64,000 bases of DNA from an uncultured Verrucomicrobiota bacterium (GTDB taxonomy: Bacteria; Verrucomicrobiota; Kiritimatiellia; RFP12; UBA1067), in assembly GCA_946610035.1 (NCBI GenBank), contig CAMOCC010000001.1, forward strand, positions 35,948 through 99,947, given 5' to 3'. The notes under the pieces were generated by a model. That model did no database searches. It was not told the origin of the DNA and worked only from the letters and a program-made list of their open reading frames with translations. Numbering within the stretch: the first letter of the stretch is position 1; every line of letters begins with the position of its first letter. Positions 44,533 to 52,854 of the stretch are shown piece by piece. The position numbers were made by a program, and so were the translations under genes.

Positions 44533-45585
44533 ATGAGCCACCGCCTTTCGACATCATTGACTCTTGCATTGGCGACATGGAGCCTTGCGGCGTTTGCCGA
44601 TGCAAATGCAACCGGGGGGACTGCCGCAGTGCCGAAGAAGGACTCGAAGGCGACCATCCTTGTCCGTGTAAACGACAAAGTCATCACACGCGGAGATCTT
44701 GACCGCTACTCCGACATGATGGTCTTCCTTCTACGGAATCGTCGCAACGGCAAGCTCACGGCCAAGGAGGCGGAGAAGTTCAAGAAGAAGAATCTGCAAC
44801 GCTTCAGCGAGATGATGATGTCTCGACTCGTTATCTCCGAAGGCCTGGCGTCATCAAACATCGTTGAAACAGCCCACGCTCGCGAGATGAAAGAGCGCGA
44901 GTGCTTGAGGAATTACGCGCACAAGCGGCAGACAATGCCCCAGCTGGAGGCGGCGTTGAAGAAGGCCGGATATCTTGAGGATTTCAAGTCGGGGCTGGAG
45001 TTCGACATAAAGCTTCAGAGTTTTTTCGAAACAGTCCGCTCAAATGAGTATTTCGCGTCGGAGGCGGACCTCCCCGTTGTAAAGGCAAACTTGACGCGTT
45101 ACAACGAAATAGCCGCCGCCACGAACGCCCTGAACCTCGCCTTGGCGCGTTCCGTCCGCGAAAAGGCGCTCGCCGGTGAAGACTTTTCAAAATTGGCCGA
45201 TCAGTATTCCCAGGATTCAGAGAAGGAACCGGGCGGAGCACTTGGGGATTGCGATGAAACGGACTTCCCGGAAGAGGCGACCTTGTGGAAGACGTTGAGC
45301 AAGGCGCCGGAGGGATTCATCAGCGAGGTTGTCGAGTCCGACGCAGGCTATGTTATCTACAAGGTCCTGCGGCACAACACGGCGGAAACGTCGAATACGG
45401 GCACTCCTTCAACTTCACTTGCGAGAATATACTTCCGTCAGGCCTACCTGTATCCGGAACAGACGGATGACGAGTTGATGGCTGACATTGCCGCCGAGAA
45501 GCGGGCGAAGTGCATGGCGGATGTCTACAAGGATTTCCGGTCCCAAGTCAAGGTTGACTACCCTGACGGGCACGTGAAAAAGTAA
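44533..45585 (+). CDS. SurA/PrsA-like parvulin-type PPIase (paralog of 39491-40639)
   Basis: Signal peptide. SQDSEKEPGGALGDCDETDF resembles the PpiC-type rotamase core. TGaTGATAAT sits 9 nt upstream of the ATG. Confidence 0.5.
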   Translation: MSHRLSTSLTLALATWSLAAFADANATGGTAAVPKKDSKATILVRVNDKVITRGDLDRYSDMMVFLLRNRRNGKLTAKEAEKFKKKNLQRFSEMMMSRLVISEGLASSNIVETAHAREMKERECLRNYAHKRQTMPQLEAALKKAGYLEDFKSGLEFDIKLQSFFETVRSNEYFASEADLPVVKANLTRYNEIAAATNALNLALARSVREKALAGEDFSKLADQYSQDSEKEPGGALGDCDETDFPEEATLWKTLSKAPEGFISEVVESDAGYVIYKVLRHNTAETSNTGTPSTSLARIYFRQAYLYPEQTDDELMADIAAEKRAKCMADVYKDFRSQVKVDYPDGHVKK

Positions 45586-45608
45586 AACAAAACAAAGGAA
45601 ATAAAATA

Positions 45609-46883
45609 ATGAGAAGGCTAGTCCTCATGGCTATTGTTGGGTGCGTACTTGGCATCCACAGCACGGCAAACGCCGTTGATTTGGATAATGTGTCCTCTGG
45701 TGCGGTCGTTCCAGGCGTATGGAATTCCAATTTCAACGCCTGCAAGAAGTATGCGGACGACAACAAGACTCCGCTGCTTCTGCTTTGGTCCAATCCCGGA
45801 TGCCCCAAGTGCAACAAGTTGAAGACGGCATGCAATACCGCCGAGTTCAAGGCGTGGATGGCGAAGAAGAAAATCGTCATGGCCGTATCCGAGGGAGATC
45901 TGACGGTCAAGGCCTTTGCCAAGAATTCGTCGGGGCACTTCCCCTATATGCGCCTTTATTGGCCGGCTGGCGGTGCGGATGTGAGATTCTCCGGCCGTAG
46001 CGGTGAGATGCCGGTTACCTCGGGATCGCTTCAGGCGCAGTTGATGAACTCGGTCGACCGTTATACATCCGCATGGAATCCGGACAACGCCGGCGGCGGT
46101 GGAAGTGTCGAGCCGACGGATCCGGAGCCCGAACCGGAAGTCGACCCCACGACGGATGGAGTCGTCGGCAAGGAGTGGGGCAAGTCGCGTAAACTCGTTG
46201 GTGCGGCAACCGACGAAGCTGGCAATGTCGTTGGACGCGTCGAGCTCAAGCTTGGGAAGGCCAGTGCCAAGAAAACGGCGCGAATCAGCGCTAAATTCAT
46301 GGATTTCACTGGGCGTCAGAAGTCCTTCAAGTCCCTTACCGTCAAGGTCAACACCCGGACGAGCTTCATTTCGAGCGGTGCCGCCGGCTCGGTCAGCGCA
46401 ATCATAGAGGGTCAGTCCCTCTCGGGCAAGCTCGTCACCGCCACTGGGACAAGTTGCACAATCAGCGTTGCCAATGTCGGAGGTTCACTCGGCTCCGGCA
46501 AGGGCACATTCGTGCTTGAGGACTTCCCCAGCACCCTGGGAGGAATGCCGATTATCGGTGGCGAGGAATATCTTCCGTTTGACCAGACTTTCGACTACTC
46601 CGGCAACAAAATGACCTTCCCCCGCGGGGCGACGCTTACCTACAACAAGGCCAAGGGCGAATTTGTGCTGAGCCGTGTCGGCAACCCCTCGTCGCTCAAG
46701 CTCTCCTACAAGTATCCGACCGGACTCTTCAAGGGCACGTTCAAGGCGTACATAGAGGTGTCTGCAGGCCGCAAGCGCGCATACACGGCGAATGTGGCCG
46801 GGCTTGTTGTCGATGGCAAGGGAGCCGGACAAGTGACTGTCAAGGGCGTTTCAGGCACCTTCCCTTGCAGGATTGACCTGTAA
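45609..46883 (+). CDS. Secreted protein with N-terminal thioredoxin-like CxxC module and the shared Lys-rich C-terminal module
   Basis: LLWSNPGCPKCNKLK. C-terminal SLKLSYKYPTGLFKGTFKAYIEV... Confidence 0.55.
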   Translation: MRRLVLMAIVGCVLGIHSTANAVDLDNVSSGAVVPGVWNSNFNACKKYADDNKTPLLLLWSNPGCPKCNKLKTACNTAEFKAWMAKKKIVMAVSEGDLTVKAFAKNSSGHFPYMRLYWPAGGADVRFSGRSGEMPVTSGSLQAQLMNSVDRYTSAWNPDNAGGGGSVEPTDPEPEPEVDPTTDGVVGKEWGKSRKLVGAATDEAGNVVGRVELKLGKASAKKTARISAKFMDFTGRQKSFKSLTVKVNTRTSFISSGAAGSVSAIIEGQSLSGKLVTATGTSCTISVANVGGSLGSGKGTFVLEDFPSTLGGMPIIGGEEYLPFDQTFDYSGNKMTFPRGATLTYNKAKGEFVLSRVGNPSSLKLSYKYPTGLFKGTFKAYIEVSAGRKRAYTANVAGLVVDGKGAGQVTVKGVSGTFPCRIDL

Positions 46884-46910
46884 AAGGATTGTTGAAAGGC
46901 GAAAAGCCGC

Positions 46911-48680
46911 ATGTCGATTCGCAATACAGGAATTGCCATCGTTCTGCTCGGCAGCGCATTTTGCGCTGTCGAGCTTGAAGCTTCTCCTGTATGCCCCCGC
47001 TTTGTCCAGACAAGCTCGTTCAGCTACAAGATGGTGGAGCCAGACGGGTCCGTCGTGCGGTTCGTCCAGGACGAAGACGATCCGTCCGGTTTGGTTGGCG
47101 AGGGCCCCTGGGCGGCGGAGCGGACGGGCTCCCAGATATTGGCCATGGCCGAGGACCAGAATGGGCAGCGCGGCTTTCTTTTCCAGGAGGGTTTCCTTGC
47201 AGCAAGCCTTGAGGACGGCATCGAGCATCGCCATCAGCGTCCCGCAACGAGGGATCCGGACCCGGCGGCATTTTCCGACCTTTGGGCGCATGATTCCGCA
47301 GTGGAGAGCCTGGGTGCTCCGCCCGACATCTGGAGTCGCGGAGAATACAGGCTGCGCCTCTGGCTCGAGAACCCCAACGTCACGGCCGTTCTTTTCGCGC
47401 AGTTGGCGCTGTGCGGCCTGGCGGCACTGTTGGCGGCGGGACGGGGCGTAAAGGCACTTGGATTCCTCGTTTCGGCAGCGGGAATCGTATGCCTGCTGCT
47501 GACGAAGTCCCGCGGGGGGCTTCTCGCATTCGCCGCGGGAGCGGCGGTGCTTGGCGGATTGCGCTTGAGAAGCCTCCTGAACGTCAAGTTCCTCGCTGTC
47601 GCAGGTGTCTTGATTATTGTCGCCGTGGCAGGCGTGTTGGCCGCTGGCTCAGGCGCCCGCTTTACATCGGAATTTCTCAAACAGGATCAATCCAACAGTC
47701 GACTTGCAATCTGGAGCGAAGTGCCGAGGATGATGGTTGACGCCCCTGGTGGATGGGGTGCGGGGCAGTCCGGGCGTGCATACGTCGACTGGTATCAGAA
47801 GGATAGCACCTGCCTGTTGAAGAATATGATCAGCTCCCATGTGACGAAGCTGGTCGAATATGGGTGGATCGGTCGATTCGTCTACATCTTTGCATGGTTT
47901 TGCGTCATAGCGCTTTGCGCGCTCTATTCCGTTCGAGGCGGAACTCCTCTTGCATGCTCGCTATGGACTGTGTTGTGCGCGGCGGCATGGCTGAATCCGG
48001 TCCTTGAGTCCTTCGAGCCTTGGGTGATGCCGGTCGCATCTTCGCTTTTGCTGCTCGCCGGTTGTCGGCGATACGCTGGTCGACCCGCTGTCGCCATGAT
48101 TGTTCTCTCTGCGATTGCCGCCGCATCATCCCTTGTCGCAGTCGCCTTCGTTGGAGCGCGCTCTTCGAAATCGACCGACGTTTCCGTACGTGCCGATGGT
48201 GGTGCCGTCATCGTAGGTGTCGGCGGGGACAGTGCTCCTTCGACTTGGATCGTCGACGACGACTACACGCTCCACGGAGGCTATTGGTGGAGGCTGGGCC
48301 GCGATGTGCGTGCGTACGTAGGGGAGACTTCGACATCCGTCGGTTTTTCACGGACGTTGGACGATGTCCCTTCCAAGGTCGGGCGTCTGGTGCTCGTAGG
48401 CGGGCGCGCATTGGAATACGTCCGTCGCTGGACGGACGACAGGGCGTCGCTTCCGATTTCCGACGAACTGGTGTTTGTGTCCCCGAAGCTTTCGGCGCTC
48501 GACGTACCAGGAGATCTCGCCAGGACAAAGGGTTTCCGCATGTACCAGGGAGCGTTTGCGGCGCGGCTGGCACCTGCGTCCGAAACTGATGCGCCATGGC
48601 TTGAAGTCGTGCCGGGGGCGGAGCTTTATCTTCCCAATTGGCTGGATTTATCAACAAAAACAATCCGAAAGGAGAAATGA
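46911..48680 (+). CDS. Wzy_C-domain (O-antigen-ligase/PglL-like) membrane protein (paralog of 34519-36378)
   Basis: LLLTKSRGGLLAFAAG (Wzy_C motif). C-terminal VPGAELYLPNW. Confidence 0.6.
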   Translation: MSIRNTGIAIVLLGSAFCAVELEASPVCPRFVQTSSFSYKMVEPDGSVVRFVQDEDDPSGLVGEGPWAAERTGSQILAMAEDQNGQRGFLFQEGFLAASLEDGIEHRHQRPATRDPDPAAFSDLWAHDSAVESLGAPPDIWSRGEYRLRLWLENPNVTAVLFAQLALCGLAALLAAGRGVKALGFLVSAAGIVCLLLTKSRGGLLAFAAGAAVLGGLRLRSLLNVKFLAVAGVLIIVAVAGVLAAGSGARFTSEFLKQDQSNSRLAIWSEVPRMMVDAPGGWGAGQSGRAYVDWYQKDSTCLLKNMISSHVTKLVEYGWIGRFVYIFAWFCVIALCALYSVRGGTPLACSLWTVLCAAAWLNPVLESFEPWVMPVASSLLLLAGCRRYAGRPAVAMIVLSAIAAASSLVAVAFVGARSSKSTDVSVRADGGAVIVGVGGDSAPSTWIVDDDYTLHGGYWWRLGRDVRAYVGETSTSVGFSRTLDDVPSKVGRLVLVGGRALEYVRRWTDDRASLPISDELVFVSPKLSALDVPGDLARTKGFRMYQGAFAARLAPASETDAPWLEVVPGAELYLPNWLDLSTKTIRKEK

Positions 48681-48690
48681 CATGAAGAAG

Positions 48691-49155
48691 ATACTGTTCG
48701 CGGCGTTTGCTGCGTTTGTCGCATGCACGGGCCTTGCGGCTAAGTCGGTGACGCTGTACTACGGCGACGGCGACACCCTGGAACCCGAAGACAGCGTTAT
48801 GTTCTCCCTGGATGATTTCCCGGAGGAGATCAACGGCTATCCTGTCCTCGACGAGTATCTGCCCAACGGCGTGGAGCTCACATGGACCGGCAAGAAGTTC
48901 AAGGCTCCCAAAAAAGGCAAGGTGAAGTACAGCAAGAGCGAAGAGGACTTCATTACGACAAACGACGAGAATCCGTGCGGACTTTCCGTGAGCTATTCCA
49001 AGAAGAAGGGGATCATCAAGGGCTCCTTCAAGGTCTACTGCCAGAAAAGCGAGAAGAAGCTGAAGTCGTACACGGCGAAGTACAGCGGCTACCTGGGGGG
49101 GACGATCAGCGTCACTATAAAGAAATCCACCGTTGCGGAGGCCAGCATTGACTAA
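48691..49155 (+). CDS. Small secreted protein consisting essentially of a signal peptide plus the shared Lys-rich C-terminal module
   Basis: KVKYSKSEEDF...GIIKGSFKVYCQKSEKKLKSYTAKYSGYLGG. Confidence 0.55.
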   Translation: MLFAAFAAFVACTGLAAKSVTLYYGDGDTLEPEDSVMFSLDDFPEEINGYPVLDEYLPNGVELTWTGKKFKAPKKGKVKYSKSEEDFITTNDENPCGLSVSYSKKKGIIKGSFKVYCQKSEKKLKSYTAKYSGYLGGTISVTIKKSTVAEASID

Positions 49156-50083
49156 GGTAGTCTATCAGAAAAAGGGCAGCGGCGGCAAAGGCCGCAATGC
49201 ACGAGTCCGGCTGCTTGTCGGCGCTGGCCTGTTGGTCTGCGCCGCGGCGGCGGCATTGCTTTGGTTCGTTTCCAGCGGCGAGTCGGGCGTGGATGAACCG
49301 CGTCCGGCCCGCGTAGCGAAGGCCAGGATCAAGCATGGAGACGGACGGGCGCGCGATGCGGTGCAAAGCGTTCTCGACAAAAACAAAAATAAGCTGGGGA
49401 AGGATAAGTCCGGCAGAAAGTCGGACAAGCCCAGGCCTCTCGCCGACGAATTCGCTTCGTTCTCCCCTGCTGACAGGGCCCTGGCCCAGGCGGTGCAGGC
49501 CGCCTGGGACGCAGACGACTTCGAGGCGGTAGTCGAGGCGGCCGACAAGGCGCTTGGATCCGCCAATCCCGACGTTCGCGAGGGTGCCGTGACCGCCCTT
49601 GGATGGTTCGGCGCAAAGGCTCTTCCCATGCTCACGTCCCTCATGGCGGACCCTGATGAAAACGTCAGCGAAACAGCCATCAACGAATGGGAGCTCGCCC
49701 TCAGCGACGTAAACGACCTCGACTTGCAGGTCGAAATCGCCACGGCGGCTATGTCCACCGTCGACAATCGCGACGCACTGGAGATGATCGTCACGGAAAT
49801 CACGGCGCATGACGATGAAATCAAGGTGATCAACTCCCTGATAGACATCATGGAGAGCGGTAATTCCGTAGGCGCGGAGATCGCCCGCGAGGAGTACGAG
49901 GGACTGACGGGCGAGGAATGGACGTCGGTGGAGGATGCGGAGGCGTGGCTCAGGGAGAACTACGTGCCGACAGACGAGGAGGGCGAGCGTCGCGTCGCCG
50001 AAATGAAGCAGGCCGAGGCGGAGCGGACGGGGGGCGAGCGCGAAGCCGACCTCCCCGTCGATGAGCCGGAAGGCGACGAGTAG
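49133..50083 (+). CDS. Membrane-anchored HEAT-like repeat protein with acidic tail (paralog of 30227-31033; start uncertain)
   Basis: TM helix LLVGAGLLVCAAAAALLWFV. ALGWFGAKALPMLTSLMADPDENV repeats align to the paralog. Confidence 0.5.
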   Translation: MRRPALTKVVYQKKGSGGKGRNARVRLLVGAGLLVCAAAAALLWFVSSGESGVDEPRPARVAKARIKHGDGRARDAVQSVLDKNKNKLGKDKSGRKSDKPRPLADEFASFSPADRALAQAVQAAWDADDFEAVVEAADKALGSANPDVREGAVTALGWFGAKALPMLTSLMADPDENVSETAINEWELALSDVNDLDLQVEIATAAMSTVDNRDALEMIVTEITAHDDEIKVINSLIDIMESGNSVGAEIAREEYEGLTGEEWTSVEDAEAWLRENYVPTDEEGERRVAEMKQAEAERTGGEREADLPVDEPEGDE

Positions 50084-50134
50084 CGTGGATTTTTAACTGA
50101 AATACAGAAAAGTACACAAGAAGGGACAAAAACA

Positions 50135-50944
50135 ATGAAAAAGATGATGGTGATGGCGGCGTTTGCCGTCTTTGGGTCTATCGCCTGGGCTGATGCGCAG
50201 GTCTATGAGATGCAGCTCACGCTGAAGACTACGCAGACGAAATCCGGGAAGGTGAGTTTCGTCTCCTGCGACTGCGGAGTGGACGAAGCGACGCTCTATC
50301 GCAAGCAGGGGACGGTGAAGATCAAGGGCCTCATCTGGGGATGCGACTGCGAGACGATCGCCGAGCCTCAGATATCCGATGACGGAGCCAGCCTCTCCGA
50401 GTCCGGCTATGGCTACATCTTCTGGAACGAGACGACGAAGAAGCCCCTCAACCTCAAGTTCGAGTGGGAGTTCCTCAACCGCATCGACAAGACCGCGACC
50501 AAGTCCGAGGGAACCTGGAAGCTCTCCGATGACGATGACACGTTTTGCCTTTACGGTTCCGGATTCGGCACCGTGAAGGACACGACCGTCAAGGAGCCGA
50601 TATGCGAACGCATAGCCACCTGGATCCCGTCCATGAACGGCAACATCGCCGGTTGGTCGACGCCCGGCGCCATCGTCACCGTAAAGGCGACGAGCGGCGA
50701 GTGCTCCTGGTGCGAGAAGGTCGAGGGCACGGAGGAGGAGACCGAGTCCGCTAAGGGCTGGTCCCTTTGCGCTTGCGAAGAATCCGACGAGCGTACCGCC
50801 GCATCCGGCACATGGAAGCTGAAGTACAACGCCAAGGCCTCGAAGGCTCTTTCAAGCACGAAGAAGGAAATTCAGAGAGTGACCGAGGTCTACAAGTTCC
50901 CCGCTTACGTCAAGCGTCTCATCGAAGGCGGAGAAGAGGATTGA
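50135..50944 (+). CDS. Secreted Cys-rich 'IWGCDCE' family protein (paralog 4)
   Basis: AQVYEMQLTLKTT, GLIWGCDCETIAEP, NGNIAGW, CSWCEKVEG, SGTWKLKYNAKASK. Confidence 0.65.
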   Translation: MKKMMVMAAFAVFGSIAWADAQVYEMQLTLKTTQTKSGKVSFVSCDCGVDEATLYRKQGTVKIKGLIWGCDCETIAEPQISDDGASLSESGYGYIFWNETTKKPLNLKFEWEFLNRIDKTATKSEGTWKLSDDDDTFCLYGSGFGTVKDTTVKEPICERIATWIPSMNGNIAGWSTPGAIVTVKATSGECSWCEKVEGTEEETESAKGWSLCACEESDERTAASGTWKLKYNAKASKALSSTKKEIQRVTEVYKFPAYVKRLIEGGEED

Positions 50945-51011
50945 CATTTCGCCTTGGCTTTGAGGGGGGTGGAGGCCGGGCGCAAACAACAAAACAAAAG
51001 GAAAAAGCAGA

Positions 51012-52820
51012 ATGAACAGTTGCAGAACCAAGATGACCGGCCTCGCCGTTGGAGTCTTCCTCTCGGTTGGCGCGTTTGCGTTCGAGTACAACGTGACCAA
51101 ACCGGCCATCCGCCCGCGTTGGAGCGGAGCGGTGGCCGGCGAGTGGACGATGGACTACAAGGCGGCCCTTGAAAAGGCGCAGAACGAAGGCAAATGCACA
51201 CTTCTCATGTTCACCGGAGCATGGTGGTGCCCCTATTGCGAGACTGGAGAGGAGAAGGTGCTCACGGCGGCCGCATGGCAGAAGTACGTGGAGGAGAAGG
51301 GCTTCTACCTTGTGGAGTTCGACTACCCCTACCGTTTCCCAGTCCCGGAGGGGCAGGAGTGGAAGGGCACGAGTCCCCTCGGCGACGGCTGGGGATTCCA
51401 GTGCTGGCTCTACGACGCCGAGTATCTTGCCGAGAACGGGCTGACCGCCGAGGAGGGCCTGGCTGCGATTCAGGAGCGCTACGACTTCCAGGACGCAAAC
51501 GCCCTGCCTGGCAGCACCGTCAACACCATCAGCCGCTACGACGGCGGCACCATGGACCTTCACAAGATCGGCTACATGACGCTGATCGCGATCCTGCCCG
51601 ACGGCACCGAGGCGGGACGCGTGTCCTTCCCGTGGTACAAGTCGTCGTCCGTCTCCATCGAGGAGGCCTGCGACTATGTCATCACGAGCCTCGACACGGT
51701 GATAGACGCAGCCATTGAGGCGCAGTGCGGACTCTGCTCCGACCCCGAGGCAGGCGGTTTGGACGGAACCGCGCGGGAAAAGTACGACGGATGGATCACC
51801 GATGCCTCCGGCGGCGTCGTCGGCACAGTCTCGTTCACCGTTGTAAAGGCGAACAGGAAAGGCGTCATGAAGGCGTCTGCAATCGTGTCCCAGTCCGGCT
51901 CGCGCAAGCAGTACAAGGCGACGATTACGGATGGTTACCACCCCGTCAAGTTCACCAGTTCCCACAATTCATACGGGACCTTGAATGTTCGCTTCGGCTC
52001 GTTGGGGCTGACAGGCACTTTGACAGACGAATCCGGAACGTATGAGATCAAGGGCGGACGCGATGTCTTCTCCGCGCGCGACGCGGAATCGAAGAAGTCC
52101 GCTGAATCCCTGGCACAGGGCGTCTGGAATGTTGTAGTCCAGACCGCGGAGCCCCCGACTGCGCTGGCGGCGGGCAACGGATACTTGTCCGTCGAGATCA
52201 AAGGACGCGGCCGCGCCTCGGTAAGCGGCGTCCTTGGCGATGGAACGAAGGTCAAGTTGAGCGGACGTGTGATAGTCGGCGAAGACGGTGTCAGCTGCCT
52301 TCCTCTGTGGGTCGCCCCCTATTCCCGTCGCCAGGGTTCGATCGGCTGCGTATTGTGGTTCAGGGACGGAAAGCTTTTCAACGTGAATTCCATTACGCCC
52401 TGGACCTCTGGCGGCGAGAACCCGTTCAGCACGACTTGGAAGGCCGTTTTCTCCCATGCACCCGGTTATGAACTCGAATCCGACGAGATGGAACTTGACA
52501 TCGAGGGCCTGGAGGAGGGGACCCTCATCAAGGGCAAGCCCGTTGTTGTCGACCCTGCGGACGACGAGGTGTCGGTCAAGGGCGGGATACGCTTCCGCGG
52601 ATCGTCCACCACCGGCTTTTCGGGGAAGATCACCCCGAAGAACGGTGTGTTCAGCGGGAGGATGACGCTGTTCGTCGATGCGGGCAATGTCAAACCGAAG
52701 AAGGTTTCCGCCAAGATGACAGGTGCCGTCATGTCGGGCACCGTCTACGGATCGCTCCTGGTCCCCAAGGTGGCCTCCTGGCCGCTCAAGATCTCATCCT
52801 GCAACGCCTGTAGCGACTGA
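51012..52820 (+). CDS. Secreted protein with thioredoxin-like WCPYC module and the shared Lys-rich C-terminal module
   Basis: LLMFTGAWWCPYCETGEEK. C-terminal GFSGKITPKNGVFSGRMTLFV...KKVSAKMTG. Confidence 0.55.
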   Translation: MNSCRTKMTGLAVGVFLSVGAFAFEYNVTKPAIRPRWSGAVAGEWTMDYKAALEKAQNEGKCTLLMFTGAWWCPYCETGEEKVLTAAAWQKYVEEKGFYLVEFDYPYRFPVPEGQEWKGTSPLGDGWGFQCWLYDAEYLAENGLTAEEGLAAIQERYDFQDANALPGSTVNTISRYDGGTMDLHKIGYMTLIAILPDGTEAGRVSFPWYKSSSVSIEEACDYVITSLDTVIDAAIEAQCGLCSDPEAGGLDGTAREKYDGWITDASGGVVGTVSFTVVKANRKGVMKASAIVSQSGSRKQYKATITDGYHPVKFTSSHNSYGTLNVRFGSLGLTGTLTDESGTYEIKGGRDVFSARDAESKKSAESLAQGVWNVVVQTAEPPTALAAGNGYLSVEIKGRGRASVSGVLGDGTKVKLSGRVIVGEDGVSCLPLWVAPYSRRQGSIGCVLWFRDGKLFNVNSITPWTSGGENPFSTTWKAVFSHAPGYELESDEMELDIEGLEEGTLIKGKPVVVDPADDEVSVKGGIRFRGSSTTGFSGKITPKNGVFSGRMTLFVDAGNVKPKKVSAKMTGAVMSGTVYGSLLVPKVASWPLKISSCNACSD

Positions 52821-52854
52821 TGGACGTCTGAAACAAGGTGGGGTGGGGGGAAAG

